Shown in pieces: positions 8,459-18,371 of a stretch of 64,000 bases of DNA. This stretch comes from Candidatus Heimdallarchaeota archaeon (GTDB taxonomy: Archaea; Asgardarchaeota; Heimdallarchaeia; JABLTI01). The notes under the pieces were generated by a model, which was not told the DNA's origin, made no database searches, and was given only the letters and a program-made list of their open reading frames with translations. The stretch is from positions 1 through 64,000 of the forward strand of contig JABCTZ010000009.1 of NCBI GenBank assembly GCA_018238155.1. Reading direction: 5' to 3'. Each line of letters begins with the position of its first letter. Positions within the stretch are counted from its first letter, which is position 1. The position numbers and the translations under genes are program-made.

Positions 8459-9535
8459 TTAAATACACATTCGTTTTGTTCCTTCTCTTTCTTCATCAGT
8501 AATCATTAGTAACAGGCTTAGGGATGGATCATCAATCCTAGCTAATTCTAAGAAGCGAACAGAACCAGCAATGGATTCACGAATAGGCATGATAAGCTCT
8601 TCGTCATCTCCACCAAATTCCTTCATCTCTTTATCAAGTCTTTTTCCAAAATCTGCAGCCGATAATGATTGATTTAGAAAGAGCTCAAAATTCTCTTTGC
8701 ATTTTTCGATGAAGTTAGTATAGAGTTTTTCTCCAGCAATTTTCAAACCGATACATGCTGGTTCTAGAACATTCTTTGTCCATTCACTGATTATTTTAGG
8801 TCGATTTTCAATTGGGTCTTCAATTGTTATATGGGTTATTTTTCTACGAATAAATGGTATCTCTCTTTTTGTTGCTTCCAAAGTTCTTTCAGCAATTTTT
8901 GCTAATTCATTTAAACCGTTCTTATATCTAAAATTCCCAATTGTTTTTATAAAAGATCGAATGAAAAGAATTGCTTCTTCAGAGAGGTTGTAATTATTCT
9001 TAAGAATAGTTGCTGATTGATTTGCTGCTTCTTCCGGGGCAATTTTTTCTTGAACAATAGCTAGAAGTACTTGAGCAAGTATTTGTTGAGCTTCTGTTAT
9101 CTGGCTTTGTGACTTTAAACAAAAAATTAGTAATGGAGTTATTGTTTGTTCTATTACTAATTCAATCCAAGAAAGGATTATCTGTTGATTAATGAGCTCA
9201 GTTACGGAATCAATTACTTTTTTAGGATTCTTTTCTTCAATCATTTCTTCATAAAAGCTCTCAGCAAAATCATCAACTAATGAAGAAATAAAATCTAGTA
9301 TTCGCACTTCTTCTGGAGGTATTAGATTCTGTAAATTCGATTTGTGATTTTTCTTTTGAAGCTTGGAATAGAATAGCTTCCAAACTTCTTGTTTAATCGT
9401 TCCTTGTGTTTCATCAGTTATACCAAATAGCAGTGGTTGAATGATGGGCCAAAGTAATATTTCGTAGAGTTTTGTAAAGATGGGTTCATTCTTAGTAACG
9501 AATGCTGAAGTATCAATTTTGCTTTTCTTAGGAAT
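8459..9535 (-). CDS. All-helical protein with internal repeats, co-transcribed with the HerA-like ATPase; probable ATT start at 9535 (the ORF track starts it at 9307)
   Basis: The frame is open from 9556 to 8459. GGATGTGA RBS-like sequence precedes ATT-CCT-AAG-AAA (MPKKSK). Repeated motif LLWPIIQPLLF / VIEQTITPLLIF / TKNVLEPACI. Confidence 0.7.
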   Translation of the reverse strand: MPKKSKIDTSAFVTKNEPIFTKLYEILLWPIIQPLLFGITDETQGTIKQEVWKLFYSKLQKKNHKSNLQNLIPPEEVRILDFISSLVDDFAESFYEEMIEEKNPKKVIDSVTELINQQIILSWIELVIEQTITPLLIFCLKSQSQITEAQQILAQVLLAIVQEKIAPEEAANQSATILKNNYNLSEEAILFIRSFIKTIGNFRYKNGLNELAKIAERTLEATKREIPFIRRKITHITIEDPIENRPKIISEWTKNVLEPACIGLKIAGEKLYTNFIEKCKENFELFLNQSLSAADFGKRLDKEMKEFGGDDEELIMPIRESIAGSVRFLELARIDDPSLSLLLMITDEEREGTKRMCI

Positions 9536-9556
9536 GAATGCTTCACATCCGTCTTT

Positions 9557-12199
9557 CTATTTTAGGTTGAATATTTTGTTGTAGATGTTTTTCTTGAAAC
9601 GTTCTTTTGCAACAACGATAAATGAAATAGCTGTCTTGCCATCTTGCACTGCATATGAAATTCCGAGTGTTGCACTTTCAAGTCTCATTAGAATTACTAC
9701 TGAAGATTTTTCAGCAATAGTATTTTCAATTTCCCAACCAATATCTTCAAGTTGTTCTATTATTGATGGAATAACTTCATTTACAGCTGCTTCTTTTACA
9801 CCTGATCTTTGATGTTTATCGAATCTGGTTGACTTTGACCCATCAAAGAGAAACGTATTTTGCCCATACTCTAATTTTCTTTCAAGAATACTTAGAAGCA
9901 TCTTTGGTGGAAACTTTGTTGTTTCAGGAACTGGGAAGTCACCTGCTGCAGCTGATTTCTTAGGCGCATTTCTTTCAGGACGTGCTTTTGGTTTTTTTTC
10001 TTTTCGGGGGGCTTTTCTCTCTGGTATTGGTTCTGGGATTAGTTTTTCAACGTCATCTGGAATTTTAGCTTCAATTACTACATCTCGTTTATCAAGAATA
10101 TGAGTTGCTGCTTGCTTTTGATTTCGCATTTTATCTCGTAGAGCTTTTGGTACTGCTTCTCTTCCTGCATGTAGTGAAATTCTTGGTCTAATCTTGACGA
10201 CCAAACTTCTGTTCTGTGTCTTTTGATCAGAGATTAATCCAACACCTGTTGGCATGCTACGTATGAAATCGGATTCTTCAAATCTGTCTGGTACTGAAGA
10301 AGGTACACGTTTAAGAAATGCTTTAATGTCGTCTTCAAATGTTAGAAGATGAGTAATCATGATATCAATCTGACTCATGATATTTTTGTGCATTGCTGAT
10401 GGTTGTTGAGTTACTAGGACAAGAGCACAACCTGGTTTTCGCCCTTGCTTTGCGTATTCAATAAGCGGGTCCGATGCCGCAGTTTTTCTATTATTTGGCA
10501 CTAGAACGTGAGCTTCATCTATTAGTAACCAAGTAACCGGTATCAATCCATCATCTTCACCTGAAGTTTCAAATAGCTCACCTCGAGAGCTTTTGATTCT
10601 TTGTTCAAGGATTTTTCTAGCAATAATCCCCACAAGAAGTGCACGTAAACTATCACCAATCCTTGGGTTGCTAATATCCAGTACAGAAACCTTGTTTGGT
10701 GAGCTCAATGCTGATAGAGGTGTTCCCTTTCCTGAAAAGATCCCCCAGCCTTTTGCAGCATTCATACGAGAACGGATAGCTTGAATAGAATCTGAACGAT
10801 AACTATTCACAATTCCAGGATCATCTAAAGCATCCAATATGTCATCAATTGAGTAATCTGGTTGCTCTCGAGATACTATCTGCATTGCTTTTTCCAGAAC
10901 CGTTCCACGAATTTCATATCGATCAATATCGAATGTTCTACACCAATCTTCAATATGAAGGTCTGAAGGTTTCAAAGCAAAAGGTGTATCAACTGTTTCA
11001 TCTCGGTAATCATTGTAGATACCAATTGGAGTGAAAATTTCAATATTTTTCAAGAAATTAGGATTAAGACCCCATTTTTCTAGTAGAACACTTTCATTTA
11101 CATCCGAGTTTTCTTTTTTCAAGGCCCAAAAGATTCCAATTGGGTCAATAAGAATTACACCAACCCCAAGGTCTGCTTTAGAAAGCTCTTCTGCGATTAC
11201 ACCGAGAGTATAACTTTTACCAGAACCCCTGTGTCCTGAAATGAAAATAACGTGAGGAAAGACTGCATCTACAAGGACTTTTTTACCATACAAATCATGC
11301 TTGCCTTTTTCTGATACTCTACCTAGATACATTGTCCCCTGACAACCTATTTTTTTAATAGTGGAACTGCCTCGGCCAAGAATAATTGAATCATTTGTTG
11401 GTGCGCACCTAGCTTCTATAGGCAAATCAACTTTTGGAGCGAAACTTAGACTTTCACTCACTTCTTCAATATTTCTTTGAATATTCTCAAGAACATTTTC
11501 GTTTCTCATATAACCCAGAACAGCCAGTAAGTCAATTGGAACGTCACATTGCTCTATTTCCTTTGACAAGGCTTTCCTAGCATCGAAACTCCTGGGACCA
11601 AAATCTGGGTCGTACATTGATTTAATCCAGATAACCTTATCCAGATAAGCAGCAGCTTCTTCTTTACCAGTAACTTCTTTGGCTAAATCAAGAATGTTGT
11701 TTGGAAATTCAAATTCTCTGTTGGACATTATATAGGCAGAACAATATGGCCATAGTTTTTCTTCACGAGGAAGTGATTCAAGTAAATCGTAAATCTTCTC
11801 TTTAAGCTCTTTTTTATCTATTGAAAGTGAATAAGCAAATAATAATGCTCCAATGCGATCATCTGGATCAGACCATTCCTCTTGGAGTTCAATTAAACGC
11901 TCTATTTGTTTTTCATTAAAATCGATTGAACCATCTCGTTGTAGATAATAAAGCACTTTAATCTCAGATTCTTTTGGGAAATAACTTTCCCTAGTAAGAA
12001 TGTCCCTCATAATTTCTTTGCCGAGTTTTCTTGCATTTGAAGAAAATGTTTTATTATCCGTTAGTTCATAAGCAAGCATATTTGCTCGTGCAAGCAAAGC
12101 TCGTTCATGCGGATCAATTATCGAGCTATTCAAATCTGCTAAGCGATCTAACACTGTTGGTAAATAATGACAAGGTGATCTTCCAAACTCATATTCCAT
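9557..12199 (-). CDS. HerA/FtsK-superfamily (DUF87-type) ATPase with N-terminal helical extension and C-terminal extra domain
   Basis: Walker A GHRGSGKS, LIDPIG, Walker B LLIDEAH, GRKPG and VTQQP motifs. ATG 12199 follows a GGTGA RBS (the track start is 12223). Confidence 0.88.
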   Translation of the reverse strand: MEYEFGRSPCHYLPTVLDRLADLNSSIIDPHERALLARANMLAYELTDNKTFSSNARKLGKEIMRDILTRESYFPKESEIKVLYYLQRDGSIDFNEKQIERLIELQEEWSDPDDRIGALLFAYSLSIDKKELKEKIYDLLESLPREEKLWPYCSAYIMSNREFEFPNNILDLAKEVTGKEEAAAYLDKVIWIKSMYDPDFGPRSFDARKALSKEIEQCDVPIDLLAVLGYMRNENVLENIQRNIEEVSESLSFAPKVDLPIEARCAPTNDSIILGRGSSTIKKIGCQGTMYLGRVSEKGKHDLYGKKVLVDAVFPHVIFISGHRGSGKSYTLGVIAEELSKADLGVGVILIDPIGIFWALKKENSDVNESVLLEKWGLNPNFLKNIEIFTPIGIYNDYRDETVDTPFALKPSDLHIEDWCRTFDIDRYEIRGTVLEKAMQIVSREQPDYSIDDILDALDDPGIVNSYRSDSIQAIRSRMNAAKGWGIFSGKGTPLSALSSPNKVSVLDISNPRIGDSLRALLVGIIARKILEQRIKSSRGELFETSGEDDGLIPVTWLLIDEAHVLVPNNRKTAASDPLIEYAKQGRKPGCALVLVTQQPSAMHKNIMSQIDIMITHLLTFEDDIKAFLKRVPSSVPDRFEESDFIRSMPTGVGLISDQKTQNRSLVVKIRPRISLHAGREAVPKALRDKMRNQKQAATHILDKRDVVIEAKIPDDVEKLIPEPIPERKAPRKEKKPKARPERNAPKKSAAAGDFPVPETTKFPPKMLLSILERKLEYGQNTFLFDGSKSTRFDKHQRSGVKEAAVNEVIPSIIEQLEDIGWEIENTIAEKSSVVILMRLESATLGISYAVQDGKTAISFIVVAKERFKKNIYNKIFNLK

Positions 12200-12348
12200 A
12201 TTTTTCACCAATAATAAATTCAAATTAATTTCTCTTATACTATTCTCCTACACAATCAAACATAATAAGATTTGTTAATGGATTTTTTTATTTCAAAAGA
12301 ACAAATGTCACTAACATAAATATTAAAACGAGTCCATACAAGTTTAAA

Positions 12349-15300
12349 GTGAAAAAACATTCATTCCAAAGTCACAGGTATTCCAAAGGCATATTTGATA
12401 AGATACAGGGTAAAAATAGGCAGATGATACAATTGGTTGCACAAATCATTATTTCGCATGAAAATACGACGAGTTTTTTCTCAATTGGTTCTGTTCAAGA
12501 TGATGCTGCTTTAGTTTCAGCTCTTGGTGGAGCACTAGCAAGTTTTGCTATTGAGATGGGTTTGTCAGATATAGGTGCAACAAATGCTAATTATTCTAAA
12601 TTCCAGAATGGTGTTTTGATATCTAAATGGTTAGAGATAGATAATTATAAGCCATCTATTATGATCGCAATAAGGGATTTCGGTGATTTAGAACAATATC
12701 ATCACATGTTTCTAATTGATTATGGTACACTTCTAGCTAACAAAATCATAAGTGCTTTTGAAAAATTATATACCGGTGGAGGACAAGTACCTCGAATGGA
12801 AAACGCATTAAAGATAATTCCTAAAGTTGTGAATGAGCTTTTCAAAGACTCACCAAATACACTAAAAGAATTCACAAAAAAGATGGATGAAAATGTATCA
12901 CAACTATTAACTGATATTTGGGAAAATCAAAGCGATAAAGGAGTCCATCCACTTACATTTCGATCCGATATCTATGAACCAGTAAAAATTCAACAGATGA
13001 AGGATGATTTCGCAAAATATTTCTACAAAGAAGGAGTAACTATTGATGCAATATTTCCTTTGTATTTTGCCGGAGCAGATGATTTTCGTTTAGTCAATAA
13101 AACAATCAATGAATTTTTGAAGAATAATTCAAAAAGAGCTAGAGCTGATATTGTAAGTGAAATTAGCAAAATTGTTTCTCAATTAAGCAAGATGTCAAGT
13201 TCTCGTTCAAGAAGACAAAAACAAGAAATTGAAAGTGTTGATTTAATTAATGCAGATTTAATTTTTGAAAAAATACAAGTAGCAAAATTGAATTCTTTAG
13301 AGAAAACACGTTCACAAATCCTTGATGAAATATTTACAACACTCCTACAAAAATTATTTCATAATTTTCCGCTGAAATTTTTATCTTGTAGTGAAACAAA
13401 AGAAATTGATATTACCTTTATCAAAGAAGCTTTTGAAAAAACTGCCAAATCAATTGTAGACAAGTCATATTCCAATACCGAACAAATATCTAAACAAATT
13501 TCATCTATTTTAAGTGACATTGCTTCGAATTATACTCCTGAAGAAGTAATAAATCAAAGTGATGAAATTCTTAACAGAGTACAAAGTCAATTTATCAAAC
13601 TTATTAAGAAAGAAGATCCATTTCTGATTTTAGCTGATGAAAAACTGAAACGTTTATTGAACATCTCAAAAAAGCTGGCAAAAGATGCATTCGAGCAGTT
13701 TCGATCTGCTCATGATGAAGCTATGGCATTATGGTATATTATCCGTCAAATAAATAGATCCATCTCACATTTGAAGACAACAACAATACCAAATTTGATT
13801 GAGATATATTTTCTACAAAATCTTGTAAGACAATATCAATTTAGATCAATGCCTAAAATTGTCTTTCGATTGGTGAATGGAGTACTGAGAGATGTAAGCA
13901 GTTCTTCTCCATCCAAGGATCCTGTTTTATCCCTAATGCAAAGGAACATTCGAAGTTTTGAAAGAGATGCACAATTTTCAATTCCAATTGGAATAAAAAA
14001 CTCTATTTTGAAACAATTCAAATCTTCAAAAATCGCTCGAGAGAGCTTTGAAAACATAGAAGCTTTATCCTTCTTCTCAAAAGCATTTTCAAATTCTATG
14101 GAATTAACTGTAGCTAAACTCCTTGAAATGTTCTTTGGAACAAAAGATCATCCTCAACCTCCACAATTGCTTTCTAAAGCAATAGAAAAAATAGTCTATA
14201 CTTCACAAGGAATCTTTTCATTTAGAAGCATTATACAAGCAATAACCAATCAACCTGGTGCTCAAGCACTTTTTAGTAAAGATGCAGAATCATTGCTAAT
14301 TGCCACATTGAAATTCCAAAGCATTTTACCCTCTCCTTTGGAATTAGTACGAATTGCATATGAAACTGGTTGGATAAAAGATACAAAATCAGCAATATCT
14401 TCTGATGGAATTCCAAGTGCAAAAATCATGCCTAAAAATATTAATATTGGCTCTATCAAAAGGGCTTCATCAAAAATTTCTGATAGTAAATTTCTCGTAA
14501 AAAGAGTAACTATAGAAAAACATGATTTGACAGATAAGATTTCACAATTGATAAAAGATCCAATAATACTTACAGACCTTTGGGTTCTATTTGCTGAGGG
14601 TGCTTTCCGAAATCGATATCAGTCCTTAAGTGATTATTTACGTAAATTAGAGACAAAACAAAAAACCTCTTCTGGGTCCACAACAACAAAGAAGAGATAT
14701 GCTTCAATAATTAAAAAAACAAAGAACCTTATGAAAGCTTTAAACCAATTATCTTCTGGAGGAAACTTTTTCCAAAAGATTTTCGCAAAGAAAAAAGACC
14801 TTCGAAATCTACTATATGAAGCTTCTCGAGAGCAATTTTCCGGTTTGAATTATTATCCAGAAAACTTGTCTATCAATTCTGAACAAGGAACAATCAATGG
14901 CAAGAAAATAATTTCTGACACTTCTGTAGTACTTGGAAGTTTTAGTCTTCTATCAAAATTGTATGCTTCAACTTGGGTACGAGACTCTGAATATGTACGC
15001 AAACTGAAAGAGGATATTCTTTGGAGTGTTTTAGAAAAGAAATCTAAAAGGAATCTTCCTCTGGAAAAGAAGATTTTGGAAAATTTACAACAAGAAGCTG
15101 TTAGTCGAGGAAAGTTGGATCAAGAAACAGTAGTAAGAAACACTATAGAGCAGGAAGTATCCTTACTATTCAAGAGCGTAGTTAGAGAAGCAATAACTGC
15201 AGCATTTGATTCGATCAAAAATGAATTATTGGTGAGACTTGATAATCGAACAAAGGATTTCTATATTGAAATGGGCACAATAAATATCGAGAAAAAATAT

Positions 15301-15606
15301 TTGCAACCAGATTATGAGAAAATGAACTATACCAAATTTTTGAAAGCTTCAGATGGAACAACCAGAGTTCTTTTGATGGTTGATACTTTGTTACCTACGT
15401 TTAGTTCAAGGAAGAAAAAAGCTCATTCTATGCGAGTATACCTTCGTGATGGATTAAAAGATACTTTGAGAACGAGACACTTTAAAGCGTTCAATCAATT
15501 AGGGGAACTTGTGGATGAATATATTGGTGAACAAGCAGCTGATCTCTTCTTTACTAGAAGCAGAGTATTAGAACAGCTAATATTAGAATCAATCGACCAA
15601 AGCTAA
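12349..15606 (+). CDS. Large protein with N-terminal longin-like domain and ~900-aa mostly helical body (paralogue 1); probable start 12424 or 12433
   Basis: QIIISHE..SFFSIG..DDAALVSALGGALASFAIEMG fits the longin beta-beta-alpha1 signature; collinear with 18372-21485. Confidence 0.75.
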   Translation: MKKHSFQSHRYSKGIFDKIQGKNRQMIQLVAQIIISHENTTSFFSIGSVQDDAALVSALGGALASFAIEMGLSDIGATNANYSKFQNGVLISKWLEIDNYKPSIMIAIRDFGDLEQYHHMFLIDYGTLLANKIISAFEKLYTGGGQVPRMENALKIIPKVVNELFKDSPNTLKEFTKKMDENVSQLLTDIWENQSDKGVHPLTFRSDIYEPVKIQQMKDDFAKYFYKEGVTIDAIFPLYFAGADDFRLVNKTINEFLKNNSKRARADIVSEISKIVSQLSKMSSSRSRRQKQEIESVDLINADLIFEKIQVAKLNSLEKTRSQILDEIFTTLLQKLFHNFPLKFLSCSETKEIDITFIKEAFEKTAKSIVDKSYSNTEQISKQISSILSDIASNYTPEEVINQSDEILNRVQSQFIKLIKKEDPFLILADEKLKRLLNISKKLAKDAFEQFRSAHDEAMALWYIIRQINRSISHLKTTTIPNLIEIYFLQNLVRQYQFRSMPKIVFRLVNGVLRDVSSSSPSKDPVLSLMQRNIRSFERDAQFSIPIGIKNSILKQFKSSKIARESFENIEALSFFSKAFSNSMELTVAKLLEMFFGTKDHPQPPQLLSKAIEKIVYTSQGIFSFRSIIQAITNQPGAQALFSKDAESLLIATLKFQSILPSPLELVRIAYETGWIKDTKSAISSDGIPSAKIMPKNINIGSIKRASSKISDSKFLVKRVTIEKHDLTDKISQLIKDPIILTDLWVLFAEGAFRNRYQSLSDYLRKLETKQKTSSGSTTTKKRYASIIKKTKNLMKALNQLSSGGNFFQKIFAKKKDLRNLLYEASREQFSGLNYYPENLSINSEQGTINGKKIISDTSVVLGSFSLLSKLYASTWVRDSEYVRKLKEDILWSVLEKKSKRNLPLEKKILENLQQEAVSRGKLDQETVVRNTIEQEVSLLFKSVVREAITAAFDSIKNELLVRLDNRTKDFYIEMGTINIEKKYLQPDYEKMNYTKFLKASDGTTRVLLMVDTLLPTFSSRKKKAHSMRVYLRDGLKDTLRTRHFKAFNQLGELVDEYIGEQAADLFFTRSRVLEQLILESIDQS

Positions 15607-15726
15607 TTAAATTAAACAACAAGTTTTTACTTATCAATTATTATTTATTCGAAGGATGAATAGCTAGATACAGAGCTAAAAATTATTATTGTAATTTACT
15701 CTTCCAAAAAAGGAATGTGAAAAGAA

Positions 15727-17025
15727 ATGAAAATGTTAGTAATAGATGGTCAAATTGCAGGTGCAGCGGGAGATATGTTTCTTGGTGCTTTATTGGATCT
15801 TTACATTGTTGAACCAATGGATGTAACAAAAGCAGATAAAATGCGAGAAAATCTTGTTAATGAGTTAGCAAATAAAATAATTAAAGCAGCAAAACTTGAA
15901 GGAAAAGCAGAATTAGCTGTTAAAATTGAACGAAAAAATGAAAGGGCAGTAGAGGGTATTCATCTTAATATAAAAATAATTGAACCTCAAAGACACTTGC
16001 ATGCTCCTCAAGCGTTTGAACTAATTGAGAACGCAATCAAGCTTTTAGCTTTATCTAAAAAAGCCACTCAATTTAGCAAAAAAGCATTTGAAGTGCTTTT
16101 TGAAGCAGAGTCAAAAGCTCATGGTGAATCATTAGAAAAAGTTCATCTTCATGAAGCAGGATCATTGGATACTTTTCTAGATGTTTTAGGAACGGCTTAC
16201 TTGTTAGATAAAATGAAGCTATTTGAAGCGAAATTAACTGTTTTACCTATAGCACTAGGATCTGGTACTGTAACATTTTCCCATGGAACATTACCTGTTC
16301 CTGTACCTGCGGTAGCTGAAATAGTGAAAAAATATCAGATACCAGCCAAAGTTGGTACTTTAGGTGGAGAATTGTTTACTCCAACTGGGGCAATAATCAT
16401 TGCTGCCCTTATGAGTACAAATGAATATTCAATTCAAAAAGAGTCACCTGCATTTATTATAGAAAAATCTGGTGTAGGATTTGGAACAAAACAATTTGAA
16501 AAATCACCAAATGCTTTGAGATTACTTGTAGGGTCATTGGTACAAACGGATTATCAACGAGAAGACATTTTAGTTATCGAAACAAATCTTGACGATTGTT
16601 CTGGTGAAACAATTGGTTTTTTGAGTGCTAGATTGCTAGAATTAGGTGCAAAAGATGTTTTCCTAACGCCTATTTATATGAAAAAAGGAAGACCTGGAAC
16701 AAAAATAACTGTCCTTTGTTTACCAAAAGATGAGCTGAAATTCGCTTCAGAGATTATGAGTCAGACAAGCACAATTGGTGTACGAATTTCGCGAAATAGG
16801 AAAATAATGCTTTCACGAAGAATCAAAGAATTCACCATTAAAATTAAAGGAAAAAATTGGAAAGTTAGAGGAAAAATAGCTTATGGAGGTAATGGTGAAA
16901 TAGTTCATTTTAAACCTGAATTTGAAGATGTAAAAACTATTACTGAGAAAACAGGGTTAACCATAACTGAAGTTTCATCTCTTGCTATTGAAAAAATCTC
17001 TAAAGAAGTAAGAAAGGAGAGTTAG
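15727..17025 (+). CDS. larC: Nickel pincer cofactor biosynthesis protein LarC
   Basis: GAAGDMFLGALLDL, AESKAHG..VHLHEAG, HGTLPVPVPAV, ELFTPTGA, ETNLDD, MKKGRPG and KPEFED motifs. Confidence 0.95.
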   Translation: MKMLVIDGQIAGAAGDMFLGALLDLYIVEPMDVTKADKMRENLVNELANKIIKAAKLEGKAELAVKIERKNERAVEGIHLNIKIIEPQRHLHAPQAFELIENAIKLLALSKKATQFSKKAFEVLFEAESKAHGESLEKVHLHEAGSLDTFLDVLGTAYLLDKMKLFEAKLTVLPIALGSGTVTFSHGTLPVPVPAVAEIVKKYQIPAKVGTLGGELFTPTGAIIIAALMSTNEYSIQKESPAFIIEKSGVGFGTKQFEKSPNALRLLVGSLVQTDYQREDILVIETNLDDCSGETIGFLSARLLELGAKDVFLTPIYMKKGRPGTKITVLCLPKDELKFASEIMSQTSTIGVRISRNRKIMLSRRIKEFTIKIKGKNWKVRGKIAYGGNGEIVHFKPEFEDVKTITEKTGLTITEVSSLAIEKISKEVRKES

Positions 17026-17038
17026 ATGAATACTCCTT

Positions 17039-18097
17039 TCAACTTGTATTCTTTTCAGGAGTTAATTCTACCATACAATATCTATCTCTTTTTCCTGCAT
17101 GAAACAATTCTTTAATTTTGATTTGAATACCAAAGATTTCACTTAAGATTCCAACCCACATACCACGAATAAATGCACATCGGTTAGGTAATTGTTTTTC
17201 CGCGCAGAATTTTCGGCATTCATAGTAGATTAAATAACTATCAGCGTGACAATCCTGAAGAGTCGATTGAAGTAAGCCAATAAGGGGTTCATTTGTTTTT
17301 GTTATGAGAATTTTAACAATGAACTCACCAATGAGTTCTGATAAATTCAATATTTCTTCTTCAGTCTCATCTTCAATTATCTTTGTGATAAAACGCGAAA
17401 GATTTACCATTGATTCATTTTTTAGTGCTTCTTTTAAGGATTCATCTCCATCTATAGAGAAATTTGCTACATACGATTCTGTAATAACTTTCCAGGCCGT
17501 CTCTAAAAGAAAGACATCTGGCAAACTTTTTTGGAAAATTGGTTCGAACATGTTTCCAATAGTCAAACTTTCATGATTAGAAGTATCTCCAGCCTTCTTT
17601 GAAGTAGCAATTGAACCAAGCATTTTATCTGAACTTGCTTCTCGTAATCTCTGAAGAGTAATTTCATATTGGCTTCCTGTGCTAAATGAAAGCTTCACAG
17701 ATGCTGCAGTGGGAGCATTGAATAAGTGGTAACCGATTCCTTGAAAAATTGCTTGTAGAAATAGCAAAGTCCCTTTTTTGTCAGTTACTTCTTTAATCAT
17801 ATATCTGTTTTTCCCGATGATAATTTTTCCTGTGCCTAGCTTATCATCATAATTTATATTGATACTTTTCCATCCGAACGCAGTCAATAACTCAAAAGCA
17901 ACCTCTTTCATTTCTTTTGTTCCATCATCGATTATCGATCTCTCTCGAACGAATTTCTCCACATTGGAAACAAATACATCACTTAGTTGCTTATTATCTA
18001 CAATAAGCTCTGCAGATTGAAGTAGTGAGTAAAAGATTGTTCTAATCATTCTTTGTTCTTTTATAATGCCTAAAGCCATGTGACGTTTCACAACCAT
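17039..18097 (-). CDS. Protein with two V4R/Bet3(TRAPP)-like domains
   Basis: Domain 1: LLTAFGWKSINI...FLQAIFQGIGYHLF. Domain 2: CRKFC...CAFIRGMWVGILSEIFG...KELFHAGKRDRYCMVEL (V4R signature). Confidence 0.75.
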   Translation of the reverse strand: MVVKRHMALGIIKEQRMIRTIFYSLLQSAELIVDNKQLSDVFVSNVEKFVRERSIIDDGTKEMKEVAFELLTAFGWKSININYDDKLGTGKIIIGKNRYMIKEVTDKKGTLLFLQAIFQGIGYHLFNAPTAASVKLSFSTGSQYEITLQRLREASSDKMLGSIATSKKAGDTSNHESLTIGNMFEPIFQKSLPDVFLLETAWKVITESYVANFSIDGDESLKEALKNESMVNLSRFITKIIEDETEEEILNLSELIGEFIVKILITKTNEPLIGLLQSTLQDCHADSYLIYYECRKFCAEKQLPNRCAFIRGMWVGILSEIFGIQIKIKELFHAGKRDRYCMVELTPEKNTS

Positions 18098-18371
18098 ATT
18101 GTTGAGAATAACTGAGATTTAATCTTTTTTAATACATTGTTTAGCTATTTGGATTTCTTTCTTTAATTTCATATCTAATGTAATTTAAAATACTTAGGAT
18201 ACCAGATAACTGATAAAAAACAAAAATAATTCTTATTTTTACCTATTAGAAATCTTCAAAACTATTTAAAAGATATTATTTTTATTCAAATGCTGTTAAT
18301 ATACGTTCCAAAATACATATATCTACATATTTTCTTGAATACTTTAAAGTAATAATCAGTTTGGATTAATA

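Noticed and set aside
9557-9559. Pyrrolysine read-through as the main explanation for the in-frame ORFs
   Set aside because: No pyl genes in the window, TAG ends many other genes here, and an RBS plus ATT start explains the frame more simply; kept only as an alternative.
9557-12199. HerA-based anti-phage or conjugation (VirB4) system
   Set aside because: No adjacent nuclease, SIR2, relaxase or T4SS membrane genes are recognisable.
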